This document shows, in pieces, positions 51,480 to 64,000 of a stretch of 64,000 bases of DNA; position 1 is the first letter of the stretch, and each line of letters begins with the position of its first letter. The position numbers and the translations under genes are program-made. The stretch comes from Octopus sinensis (Eukaryota), in contig NC_042999.1 in assembly GCF_006345805.1 (NCBI RefSeq), positions 83,638,001 to 83,702,000 on the forward strand. Direction: 5' to 3'. The notes below the pieces were generated by a model. It saw only the letters and a list, made by a program, of their open reading frames with translations, did not search any database and was not told the origin of the DNA.

Positions 51480-52460
51480 CTCTTGCATTTTCTTTTACCC
51501 AAAACCAGGAATTTTTCAGCACCCCTTCATGCTCGATATTGTACTGGGCTGCGACAGGGATGCATCCTGTCACCCTTTTTGTTTCTCCTTGTTATCGACT
51601 TTGTCATGAGGAAGGCAGTGAACAGCCCACAATCAAAGATTAGATGGAATGAAGGGAGGCTATGTGACTTGGATTACGCAGATTACATCGTGGTTGTTAT
51701 TCACACACTCAGGGATTGCAACAATTAATAACCAGTAACCTGAACAGCAATGCAGTTAACATGGGCCTGCTCGTAGGCTGTGAGAAGACAAAAACAATGA
51801 CCACTGATGCACCAGTAAGTCCTCCAGTAACAGTAGGAAACAACAGTCTGAAGAGCGAAGCGTATTTCAAATATTTAAGAAGCCCCCACTTGCAATGATA
51901 ATGACGCGAAAGTTGACGTACAAGCGTGTATAGGACAAACTTCACGGGTATTTAGACGACTTCACCCAGTGTGGTCAAATAATTCCATCACCAAAGATGT
52001 GAAAATCCGTCTCTACATGTCGATTGCAGTGCCTACTGCTATGTATGCGTGCGATATGTGGAAAAGCACAGCTAGCATCGTCAACAAATTGGACGTCTTC
52101 CATAGGCGATGCATTCGTGTTATACTTGGAATATCGTGGCAGGACTACATCACCAATGACGAGGTCATGCGGCGATTAAGGCTTGACAACCTCTCAGACA
52201 TTGTCAAGAAACGAAGATTGCAATCTATCGGACATATAATTCGGAACACAAGCTGTCACACACTGTATTGACATGGACACCGTCTGAGAGCAAGTAAAGG
52301 AGAGCAAGATCGCCCCTAAACTGATGCAGTACATTCCGTGAAGACTTGTGGGAACTGCAATTGACTTGGACTGATGCAGAAACGGCTGCAGCAGATCGCA
52401 CTCAGTGGAGGCTGCTCTCCGCCCAATGTTCCGTTAGGAACAGGAGGAACTAAGACTAAA
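51480..52460 (+). mobile_element. 5'-truncated RTE-clade LINE (RT C-terminal half), decayed
   Basis: GLRQGCILSPFLFLLVIDFVMRK, LDYADYIV, FKYL, KIRLYMSIAVPTAMYACDMWK, KRRLQSIGHI; ends ggaactaagactaa. Confidence 0.92.
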
Positions 52461-52834
52461 AGGTGTAATGTATAGATTCAGGGGATCATGCGGCTACCAC
52501 AGTAAGCATTTCCTGCGGACTTGGGAATCAATCAACGCAGTAATCATTTACAAAGTTGTGTAATGTAAAGTATTTGGGTAACTGAAAATCTATTTTCTTG
52601 TATGATGCTGAGCACAACATATTAATTCAAACAGGTTCGTATTATTTCTGGCATACAGAAATTAATGTTACATGATGAAGTTTAGGAATCATATGGAGGC
52701 CATATGGTTAAATAAATCTATCTTCACCACTTACACCCCCTAACTTTATGCTTAATGTGTGTGTGTGTGTGTATGCGTGTGTTCGCGCGCGCGCGTGTGA
52801 CCATACATGCATACATGCATGCATATATATTTCG

Positions 52835-52980
52835 GTGTTGCTCGATTGTCAACCATGTGGTTTTAGCCCCAGTACCACTGCACGCCATCTTTAAAAGGTA
52901 TCTTCTACTGTAGCTCTGGATTAACCAATTCTTTGTGAGGAAATTCGAGAAACAGAAACTATGTGAAGCCCATCGTATAT
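52835..52980 (+). mobile_element. Degraded SINE family A 5' half
   Basis: aaccatgtggttttagccccagtaccactgc...gaaactatgtgaagcccatcgtatat. Confidence 0.65.
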
Positions 52981-53179
52981 GAACTTATCTATATGCATAC
53001 ATATGTGCATATACCTACATATGACTGTGCAAACGTTTACTTCCTGTGTACTTCTCCTGTAAAACCGCTATATCACAAGAACTGAAGTTTGTTGACATTT
53101 CTCTTTCAATAAATCTCTGTACTTTTGATAACATCTAAAATAAGAGAACCCTTATAAGTAAGTAATGCAGAATGATACT

Positions 53180-54200
53180 AATGGTTTGCGCTATATAAGT
53201 GTGTGTGAAGAATGCAGCATACTGCGTTGATTCCAGGGAACATTTCTTTTCAAATATGTTACGAAAACTTTATGCCTTCCAGTGATTGAGTTAGCACGGC
53301 CTGATGTAATCAATACCAAATTTTTTAATGGACCTTTATTTTTAGTAGATCAGGATCTTAAATCAATAAAAGCAGATTCCTCAGTAATGTCAGTTCTAGG
53401 TATTTACAATTAATTCTCCTTTCAATTTATATTCATCACTAAAATAATATACATACACCATAATAAGGGCCTTGTTATCGACATCAGGAGCGTAATCAAC
53501 TTGCATTGAGAAAATAGTTCTTTATTTTTACCATTTTTTTATCAATTCGCTTTCAAATTGAAATGTTGCTTAATGTTAAACTTTTTAACATACCTGAAGA
53601 ATCTTCATGTTCACATTTGAAATTATATTCTCTATTATAGGCTTTGTAAGCGTCTCAATAATTCTAGAACTATTTTTGCAGTACTCTTTGCAATCTCATA
53701 TGAAGCAACATTTGCTTCATCTAATTAGCTATAATATTTTATAAAATTTATAAGTGAAGTTACTGCTCAAAATTGGCTTCCATTTTTTTTTCTTAAATAA
53801 TCAACGGTTCCATTAGCTGTATTATCTGGATGTTTCCTTTTTAAATTATCGAGAATTTGTGAACGCTTCTAAGTATCATTCAAAATAGCACTGTTACGTA
53901 AAATACAGTTTGTTTTATTGACAGAGCCTCCATTAAGAGCATAAGACAGTAATTCATCATAGGATTAAGACTACTAAAGGGTATCGTACATTATTTAATT
54001 ACAAATTTTTAATGAAAAATATCTGAACTTTAGGAGGAAGGAGAGTTTTAATGCAAAATCTCCAACCTCGTGTATATAATTTTTGACATTTTGATTCTGC
54101 CACGAACCAGCTAGCTTTGCCAAACTAGATGTAATAGGCTAGGTCATCGTACTTGCAGATTTGTTAGGGAGGCTAAATGCTATTTTATGTTGAGAAGGCT
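53180..54200 (-). mobile_element. Degraded hAT (Buster/Charlie-type) transposase, N-terminal half
   Basis: Minus-strand CKYDD, KHPD, ASYEIAK, FSMQVDYAPDVDNKAL (F..Q.DESTD-like) and GRANSITGRHKVFVTYLKRNVP (DGA..M.G...GFV-like) occur in the expected order. Confidence 0.65.
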
Positions 54201-55071
54201 TTTAATCACAGCCATGTAGCTGATCAGAATACTTTTATGCTTTTTCATAAAGAATTTATGGCACTAGTTTAGAAGCGCTGAAAGCACTCTAAAGGTAATA
54301 ACCACGTTGTAATTTTTCTAGCTTATGCCTAACTTTAAGTTAAAGAAGCCTCTAATCTTGAGAAATAGCCCAATCTTGCATCCAAAGATTTAAGAACTTG
54401 AAATGTTTACAAAGGAAAATTACATTTATACATGAGTTAGCATCGCTTACTTCTAAATTTATATTATATTAGATAGTAGACATTCAAAAGTATTATATTC
54501 TTACAAAGCACAGGCATTAACTGAATGATTATTGACTAGAAAAGTGATAACCAAATCAATACTAGAATATAGACGAAGCAAGGCCAGCTGCAAAAATTAA
54601 GAACTACAGTAGCATTGACAAAAACATCAACGACAATAAATGAATAGCACAGAAATAACATCTGCTAATGTTTATTATTAAGAACTGAGCACTTTTGGCA
54701 TAATGGTTACTAAATCTTTGAAAAGTCCTTTGAATGGTGACCCCGTCCCATCACAATCACAATTTCCTCGGTTAATTCCTTTAATTTCTTCGCCAAGGTA
54801 ACACAAATTTCAAAAATCTGACTCAAAACCCCGAGGTCAATTTTAAAATAATTTAATTTAAACCATTGTTTGAATAAATCCAGTCAGTTTAATCAAATTA
54901 TCTCTGTTACATTTGAGTTCCTGCTGTTTAGCATTATAATCACTATCAGAAAACTATATATACATATATATCTTCTTTCATTCGACTAAAAATTCTTCTA
55001 GGCGATGACCCAGTATGGCTATAGTCAAGTGACTGAAACAAGTAACAGATAAAAGACAGGAGATACAAGAT

Positions 55072-56252
55072 AAACAAAGTGCATTTATAATCTAAAGTAT
55101 GCTCTCCTTAATTTTCTACAATAATCTTCCATCTATCTGATAGACTTGAAAAGCCCCTCTTCCAAAATTCATTTGTCCGTGAGGAAAAATACTCCTCCAG
55201 TGCCGTTCTGACATCCTCTGCGGAATACATTTTTTTCTGTCCAAAAAACTGCGGAAAAATTGATAATCAGATGGGGCAATGTCCGGTGAATATGATAGCT
55301 GGGCAACATTTCCCATTCAAACTGCTCCAGTCTTTGGAATACCATCCTCGCTGCATGTGGCCGAGTATTATCCTGATGGAAGAACACCTTTCGTCTTGAA
55401 ACCAAAGATGGCCGTTTTTCCTCTAGCGCTGACTTGAGCCGTTCAAGTTGCTCGCAGCAGATTTCTTTTGTTATCGTTTGGTTTGGGTTTAAAAGTTCAA
55501 AGTGGACTAAATTTTTCATATCCCACCAAACAGATAACAACATTTTACGTGGCTGAAGACCTTCTTTACCTTGGGGTGCCAATATTTCTCCTTTCCCTAC
55601 CCAGTGTCTTTGGCGCTTGAGATTTTTGTAGATAACCAATTTCTCGTCACCAGCCACTATTCGGTGCAAAAATGGTTCATTTGTGAGACGTGACAGCAAA
55701 ATAGAGCACACATTCACTCTCTGAGCGCAATTGAACCCAACTTACTGGCTTTTCCGATGGAACGTAGGTGTCGATCAATAGTTGAACGACCAAATCCAAG
55801 CTTCTCTGTTAGTTCCTCAACGGTTACGATGGGATTTTGTCCCATCAGGGTTTGCAGGACGTCCTCGTCGAGGTCTACAGATCTTTCAGGATGAGGCTCA
55901 TCTGCTAGGCTATAGTTTCCGGCTCGGAGTTTCTGAAACCAACGTTGACACTGGCCCACGCTTAACTGTCCGATCCCCATATACTGCATTAATATTCCTC
56001 GCACTTTCCATTGTATTATTCCTTTATTGCTCCTTCATCACTTCCATGGAATATACTCCTTCGTCACTTCCATGATAGCTTTGAAAAAACAACTGTTAAA
56101 ATAGAACTACACTCTTCAAAAAACTTGCACTAAGAAAAAGCTAAAATTACTACCTGCTTTTATAACAAGTTGATGCAGTTAGTTTATCCTGCCCCCCTCC
56201 GACTTTTACTTCATGAAACTGAAAAAACTGCATTAGTTATGGGGTGACCCAA
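55072..56252 (-). mobile_element. Decayed mariner transposon lacking its 3' TIR
   Basis: 5' TIR TA|TTGGGTCACCCCATAACTAATGCAG. ORFs 55714-56004 and 55169-55717 contain IVAGDEKLVIY, KMLLSVWWD, FHQDNTRPHAA, YSPDIAPSDYQFFRS. Confidence 0.92.
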
Positions 56253-56294
56253 TATATATATAAGCATATACACACATATATATAAGCTTATGCA

Positions 56295-56385
56295 TATGGG
56301 TATGTATGTTTGTATGTATGTATGTATGTATGTATGTGTGTATGTATGTATGTATGTATGTATGTATGTATATTTATTTATATAT

Positions 56386-56422
<37 letters not shown>

Positions 56423-56558
56423 GAGTAGTAAGTAGTAGTAAGTAGCTTGGTTACCAACCACATGGTTCTGCGCTCGTGTAAGTGTCTCCTATTACAGCTT
56501 CGGGCTGACCAAAGCCTTGTGAGTGAAAGTGGTAGAAGGAAACTGAAAGAAGCCCGAC

Positions 56559-56643
<85 letters not shown>

Positions 56644-56646
56644 GTA

Positions 56647-56682
<36 letters not shown>

Positions 56683-56705
56683 TGTATGTATGTATGTATG
56701 TATGT
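56295..56705 (+). repeat. (TATG)n/(TA)n arrays surrounding a partial SINE family A at 56420-56552
   Basis: Directly visible; accaaagccttgtgagtg...aaactgaaagaagcccgac. Confidence 0.88.
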
Positions 56706-57387
56706 GAGAGAGAGAGAAGGAGAGAGTTGCATATTATCAGCGATATATTCTACACCAAAAATGACGAACTACACCGGAACCCAACAAGGGGAGCTTCATT
56801 GACGTCGATTGAAGAATTAGAAATAGCAGCTAAATTTCCTAGAGCACCACACTCAGCAGCAGTTTAAAGAAAGAACAGGCTCACTGAACAACGAAATCCT
56901 GGCTGTACAAAACGACCAGATGGGTATGGGTGGAACAGCTTTGATCGTACGTCTGTTTTAATGTTGCTGAACTGGGGCTTAACAACTACATAACTACAAA
57001 ATAAGCAACAACAACAACCGTAATGAAAAGACATCACTAACAGAAATGTAAGAATGCCCATATCAACAGAAGTTCAATGGTAGCCAACAATAGAATATCA
57101 ACATTACGTTTGAAGGAATTGATATTCTCTCTATTGGTTTGAATTGGCAAACGATTTTCTTTTCTTTTAGATTCATTTATATATTTTTCTTACTTTCTCT
57201 CTGTGTTTTGTCTTTTATGTTTTCTCAAAGGGTTTTGATGAAAGACAGAAACTACATACACTATTTTCTCTTTTCTTGTAAAATAAAAGTAATTACTCTC
57301 CGCTACAAGTTTACTGTTTATACTCAACACTCTGCATACGTACATAGAAACAAATAGAAAATGAACTTAGATGAGAGAGGGGAAAAT

Positions 57388-57468
<81 letters not shown>

Positions 57469-58164
57469 GCATACACACACACGCAAACATAAAGCCACAG
57501 AGGCAAAGGCACAGACATACAAACACAGAATATTCAGGTACAGTCGCAAACACACACCACACACACACACACACAAACTCTGTGTGTAAACATATGATGC
57601 ATATAAATATATATATATATATATACATACGTGTACACATATGCCCACACTCACATATATACATGCATACATATAAACATACGTACACATATATGCGTAT
57701 GGTGTATGATTCTATGATTCTATGATACAGGTACACACACATACTTACTTTCTAAATATTCTAAGTATTTCTACCAATGTACAGTCACACACGTGTGTTC
57801 AAATATATGCTCATATAGGCACATGAGCACGAACACATACACAAACACATATCTATATAAATATTCTTGTTACTTATACGAATGAATTTAGAGTACGCAA
57901 TATACATTGCAGAGTAAAATTTGTATGAAATGAGATTGAATGTTAGCGATAACCGAGGTTTGTGTAGGTGTAAATATATAATCTTTGATAGTATATGCTT
58001 GTTGAAGTTTCCATGAATGTGTATGTGTTTGAAAACTATGCGATATTATTGTAATGAATAGAGCTAGACGCAGCTAGACATAAAGGTTTCTCTCAAACAA
58101 CTAGTAGCACACAGAAACAAACAAATACATAGGGAAGATATTTAATATTTCATGTCTTACGTGT

Positions 58165-58552
58165 TACAGTTAGTAGACTGCGGCCATGCTGGGGCATCGC
58201 TTTAAAGAACTTTATAGTTGAATGACTTGACCACAGTACTTATTTTCTTCTTAAGCATGGTACTTATTCTATCGGTCGCTAGCTTACGGTGATGTAAACA
58301 TACCAGAACCGGTTGTCAAATGACTATAGGGGACAAACAGACATACAGACGCAGGCACGCGCACCCGCACACAAGCACACACATACACGGACACACACAC
58401 AGACACATGCATACGAAGGGGTTCCTTCAGTTTCTAACTACCAAGTCTAACTCACAAGGCTTTGGTCGGCCCGAGGTACGAAGCTGTGGGACTGAACCCG
58501 AATCCATGTGGTTGAGAAGCAAACTTCTTACCACACTGCCATACCTGCGCCT
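58165..58552 (-). mobile_element. Degraded SINE family A
   Basis: Tail gactgcggccatgctggggca through head tgggactgaacccgaatccatgtgg. Confidence 0.8.
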
Positions 58553-58681
58553 ATGTATATATAAAATAACTAAAATCCCGATACGCTTTTCTCTCTAATT
58601 ACATTTCACTCGGTTTCTTTTATTTTGAAGTTAGTTTTGAGCTACAGAATATTAACAACACATTTATGTCGTATATATTGA

Positions 58682-58832
58682 CTGGTGCAGGTGTAAAATG
58701 TGTGGCTGATAAGCTTGCTACCTGACCATGTAGATTTGGGCTCAGTTCCACTAGAGCAAGTGTCTTCTACCATAGCTCTAGGCCGACCCAAGCATTGCGG
58801 ACTTGAGACGTAAATTGAAACAATCGCCTCAT
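58682..58832 (+). mobile_element. Degraded SINE family A 5' half (tail remnant at 59165-59330)
   Basis: gataagcttgctacctgaccatgtag...ctcagttccactagagcaagtgtcttctac. Confidence 0.7.
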
Positions 58833-58864
58833 ACACACGCACAGATATATATATACATATATAT

Positions 58865-58943
<79 letters not shown>

Positions 58944-59659
58944 GGTGATGCACAAGTGCTTAGCTCTGAAACAGCTGTAAGCCGATGAAGTTCATTGTAT
59001 AATATTTTGTTCCTTTGCCATTTAATTAATTTCATATTACACTCTACTTAACTACCGTACTATTCTAAAGTATATTGAGATCTAAACACAGGTTATTAGT
59101 ATCGATGTGTTTAACCGGGTGTTTTTGTATTTGTGTTGTATTTATCCGTCACCAGCGCTTCGTAATTAGTTTTGGTTAGCATACGTCTCCCTTACATTGC
59201 GGTTCGACAAAAAAGAACGATAGAATAAATGCCAGACTTATAAAATAATTACTAAAGGGGATTTCTTCGAGTAAAGCCTTCAAGATTGTGCACCACCAAG
59301 GCCTTGGTCCAATGACTGAAACAAGTAATAGATTGGTATACGTATATTTATAATGCAACATTAGTATCTCACTAAAGCGGTCACAACTCATTTTATCATT
59401 TCTACAAGAATGATGGTTACACGCGTAGTCGAAATTAATAAGCATATTTCGTTTTGTCTCTTCAACCAGCTGGAGAAATATGTTTGCTTTTTTTTCTTCT
59501 AGTTAACTAGGCTCAAGCGTGCTGGAGAATACGATCGATTCAATAATAAATTAGTTAATAGACATTCCAGTAGTTTGTTTAACCAAATATGCATAAAAGA
59601 CGGTCTATATACTACTACATCATTCAAGCAAACTTTTACAGTGACATTTATGAACACAT

Positions 59660-59683
59660 GTATATACATATAACACACACACA

Positions 59684-59729
<46 letters not shown>

Positions 59730-59814
59730 AAAAGCATATGCACACACATACACACCCACCCATGTACGTAAGCATGTATGTATATGTACATATATATACA
59801 TATATATATATAAG

Positions 59815-59847
<33 letters not shown>

Positions 59848-60125
59848 ATATATATAAGTATATATATATATATATATATATATATAAGTATATAATATAT
59901 ATAAGTATATATATATGTATGTTTGTATACACACACACACACACGCACAAACACATATACACAAACACACACAGATTCTCTTTCTATATGTATATGCATA
60001 TTGAAGTAGTCAAATACAAACGCGCATATATGTATATATATATATATATGTGTGTGTGTGTGAGTGTGTATGCGTGTGTGCGTGTGTGTGTGTGTGTGTG
60101 TGTATGTGTGTGTATATACGTATGT
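59660..60125. repeat. (CA)n/(TA)n/(TG)n microsatellites
   Basis: Directly visible. Confidence 0.95.
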
Positions 60126-61220
60126 ATACCATAAATGCGAAATCATAAGCTTTTTTCAGTTGGCAAGAAATCAGGTAGGCCATTATACACCTCGTTTTAT
60201 GCAGTTTTAAATTCTTTTACATATTGGGTTTTTTTTTTTAATCAATTTTATATTCCCGTGTTAGTGTTAGCGAACAAAGTGTATATGCATGTATATGCTT
60301 GTGTGTGTGTATCTGTGTATGTATGTCTAGGTGTATATGTATATGTGTTTGCCCGTGTGATCACTCTGTTTTTGCCTATATGTACATCTTCGAGTGTGTT
60401 TGGGTGTGAATATGTACATGTATATTTATAGATGTTTTTGAGCCTCTGTATGTATATGTATATGTATGTGTTTGATTATTAGTGTGTTCAGCGAGTGTGT
60501 AAATGCGTGTGTGTTTATGTGTGAAAGTAAGTGTGTGAGTATGTGTGTGTGTAGATGTGTGTATGGGAGTGCGTGTGTCAGCCATTTAAAGATATTCACT
60601 ATTTTATTGATTATAAAACATTAGACAACAGTTCTGTTCTGTTCATTCAATAACATCAAATACGTAGGAACGTCGATACAGCTCCCCAAACACACACACA
60701 CATACGTCGATACACACACACACACATACGTCGATACACACACACACGCACACACACATACAAACCATCTCTCCTTCTCTGTCTCATATACGCATATACA
60801 TACCTATATACATACTTATATATACAAGAACATATAAACATATTCACACATCCATCCATATCTTTATATTAGTTTCTGATGCCCGCTTATTATACACAAA
60901 CATTTGTCGCAGACCAAAAAAATTGAATACTAGCGTTATTATATAATAATACAGATTTATAGCTTAAGCACAAGGAGAGACATTGTGAAGGGCAGAGTGG
61001 TGTTGAACTGTTGGTTAAATAAACCCAACAACTAGAGTCGTGTTTATTTTATCGACCTCGAAATGAGGAAAATTTGACCTCAGAACACAAAACGAATGTA
61101 ACTAAATAGCGCAACGGCTTTTGCCGATATGCTACCGATTCCACAAGCTACTATGATGATGATGATGATGATGATAATAATAATAATAATAATAATAAAA
61201 ATAATAACAATAATAATAAT

Positions 61221-61774
61221 ACAAACTGTACATGTAGAACTGACACAAAAGGTGACAGCATTAACGGCCAAATTGAAAAGATATAATGCCAGACGCAAAG
61301 GTTTCGAACAGAATAGACTGTTCAAATCAAACAGGAGGATTCTATTTGAGGAAATAGAGGGAGGCCAACATCAGGAACTGATTCTAGATGCGAAGGAAAG
61401 TAAAGAATTTTGGGGAAAGCTGTGGAGCACTTCGGTGAGACATAAAGAAAGTGCGGCGTCACTAACAAAGGTGAAAAGACAACTTGCAGCTGTACCACGA
61501 CAAAAGGACGTCAGAATTAGTCTATATACACTAAGACTGAATTTAAAAAATAAACAGCATATTGTAAAGGACTTGGACCGGGTGGAGAACAAGGCTATTG
61601 CTGGAGAACTTTACACAGGAGTGGCTGTGTGGTAAGTAGCTTGCTAACCAACCACATGATTCTGGGTTCAGTCCCAATGCGTGACACCATGGGCAAGTGT
61701 CTTCTACTATAGCCTCGGGCCGACCAATGCCTTGTGAGTGGATTTGGTAGACGGAAACTGAAAGAAGCCCGTCG

Positions 61775-61809
<35 letters not shown>

Positions 61810-63200
61810 GTGTGCGTGTGTCTGTGTTTTTCTCCCGCAACATCGCTTGGCAACCGATTCTGGTGTGTTTACGTCCAGGTTACTTAGCGGTTCGGCAAAA
61901 GAGACTGATAGACTAAAGGCGGTGCTCCAGTATGGCCGCAGTCAAATGACTGAAACAAATAAAGAGTAAAAGGGTAAAAGTTGCATCGAAGGATCACTGC
62001 GCAACTGGATGATTGCCCCCTTAGATGTCAAGTAGACGAACGCTACTATGCCTCGAGGATCCTTGAAAGGGAACTCGGCATCATATTTTTGACCTATAAC
62101 CTGTTTACCACTTATGTGGAAGCTTGTGACTGGTGTCTTGGAGGAAGAGTTATACAACCATCTGGAAAGTAACTATCTACATCTACATATAATATAAGAA
62201 ACAGAGGCATGAACAGAAAGGATGCAGGAAACAAAGTAGGGCAACAAAAATTAATAAAATGATAATTAGAAAATATAGACGCAGATTGACGAGACTGAAT
62301 GTTGCATGGCTAGATTACAAAAATGCATATGAGATGGTACCATACATTTGGATAAGTAAAACAATGAGTATGTTTGGAAAAGCAAAAAAAAAAAAGACAA
62401 AACATGGAGAAAACGTTTAATGAAAGTATGAAATATTGTAATACTGAAATGATCGGAGGAAAGCAAAAACTCGGAAAAGTAAACATCAGACGTGGAATAT
62501 TCCAAGGTGACGTCTTATCACCCTTACTATTCGTACAGGCCATGACACCGTTCACTATTATACTAAGAAAAGTGACACACATTGTGACAGAATGCCCCAA
62601 GTTGGCACAGGAATAATATAAGAAACAGAGGCATGACCAGGCTGTAAACGTTTTACCCTGGAAACTGCCAGAAATGGGGATTTGAAGCTGGAAACATGGT
62701 ACAAGCATCGAGTCGAAAGAGTATTGGAGTTGGAGAAATGTTAGATTTTGTGGGACTTTCCTATTAAAACGGATAAGAAGTTAAGAACTAATAGACCAGT
62801 CATAACAATTATAGATAAGGAAAAGCGAAGCTGCTTACTTATCGACCCATCATGCCCGTTTGATTTCAGGAATGTAAAAAATGTGGAAGGAAAAAAAATG
62901 CAATCCCTTAAAATTTGAAATAAGAAGAATTCGAAGCATGCAAACAGTAAAGGTAGTGCCTGTAATAATGGGTGCATTGGGAACAGTAAGCCAAGATATA
63001 GACAATTGACTGAAGGAGAATGAAATAGAATGCCCAGTAGTGCTCCTACAGAAAACTTATCTTTTAGGGACAACAAGGATTATCAAGAGGGCTCCAAGCA
63101 TTTGAAAAACTGATGAAACTTACGGATACCTAAGATTACAGGTGGTAACCCGCTATCCACATAAATCCTACCAGGAATAAGACCGAAACTGAGCCTCCTT
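61221..63200 (+). mobile_element. Fragmented R4/Dong-type LINE (pre-RT region, RT, RLE), interrupted by a SINE and deletions
   Basis: QKVTALTAKLKRY...QNRLFKSN...EFWGKLW; YRPITCLP-like tataacctgtttaccacttatgtgg; AWLDYKNAYEMVP; RRGIFQGDVLSPLLF; RPVITIIDKEKRSCLLID; VKVVPVIMGALG. Confidence 0.9.
61613..61980 (+). mobile_element. SINE family A inserted into the LINE
   Basis: Head gtggctgtgtggtaagtagcttgct through tail gactgaaacaaataaagagtaaaag. Confidence 0.92.
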
Positions 63201-63385
63201 GGAACGGCAAGAATAATTAGGAAAGCATTAGATAGCTGAAAAGAATAGATAGCATCGCACCGTAAGATGCAGGAAGCAAGTCCGCTACGCATGCAACACA
63301 CCAGGAACTCCAACAAAACCTGTGATAAAGAGAAATGATAATAATAACAACACCAACTGCAATAATAATAATAATAATAATAATA

Positions 63386-63420
<35 letters not shown>

Positions 63421-63422
<2 letters not shown>

Positions 63423-64000
63423 GCTAAGAAGTAATATATTCTGAGATACGACATAGTTGGGGCCGACATACACTGGAAGCTATGCCAACACTATGGAATA
63501 ACAACAGAAAAAAGATCGTATAAGCACACACCAGAAAGGTCACAAAAAATGAGAAAACAACCATTCTATGGGATATGCCAATACACACAGATAGAGAAAT
63601 TAAGGCCAATAGGCCAAATATAGTTGTCAGAGATAATGAAAAAAAAAATGCTTTCGAATTGATGCATCAATATCAGCAGATGACAACGTGCCTCTAAAAG
63701 CAATGGAGAAACTTTCAAAATACAAAGACCTGGAATTAGAAGTAACTCGAATGTGGAATCTAAAAACTGAAAGAATTCCCATCATAGTAGGCGCATTAGG
63801 TATGATAAAAAAATTCAAACAAATACATAACAAAACACCAGGACTAATAAATGTATATAACATAAAGAAAATAACACTACTGGGCACTGCACACATCCTA
63901 CGCAAAACACTTTCAATACAGTAACCATAAGAGCATTACAGCAAACCACAGCAGATACCCGAGGCACACAGAGCTGCACTCGGTAGTGAAGTGAAAGCAC
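63421..64000 (+). mobile_element. R4/Dong-type LINE 3' end (RLE domain plus 3' UTR), runs off the window
   Basis: IHWKLCQHYG, TILWDMPIHTDREIKANRPNIVVRD, EKLSKYKDLELEVTRMWNLKTERIPIIVGALG, LLGTAHILRKTLSIQ*. Confidence 0.93.

Overview
AT-rich, microsatellite-saturated animal genomic DNA. The tRNA-headed SINE families and LINE types look like those of octopod cephalopods (Octopus sp.); this is recognition from memory, not a database result. I found no credible host protein-coding exon, rRNA, true tRNA gene or CRISPR array, so the window reads as intergenic or deep intronic. Most ORF-track entries are translations of (TACA)n, (TA)n, (CA)n, (TCTA)n or trinucleotide repeats. The remainder are decayed transposons: one full-length Tc1 copy, three mariner copies, and hAT, piggyBac-like, Chapaev3-like, RTE, L2/CR1-type, R4/Dong-type and Penelope-like fragments, plus MITE/foldback elements and many SINEs. 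The most interesting structure is at 26777-28634. Two roughly 200-270 bp inverted arms each carry a minimal type I hammerhead ribozyme motif facing outward. They enclose a decayed gag/ORF1-like reading frame with a degenerate CCHC knuckle and no RT. A 15-bp direct repeat at the former palindrome apex bounds the insert. Further hammerhead-like motifs lie at 38706-38745, 40630-40669 and 44341-44376. All coordinates and alignments were read by eye.
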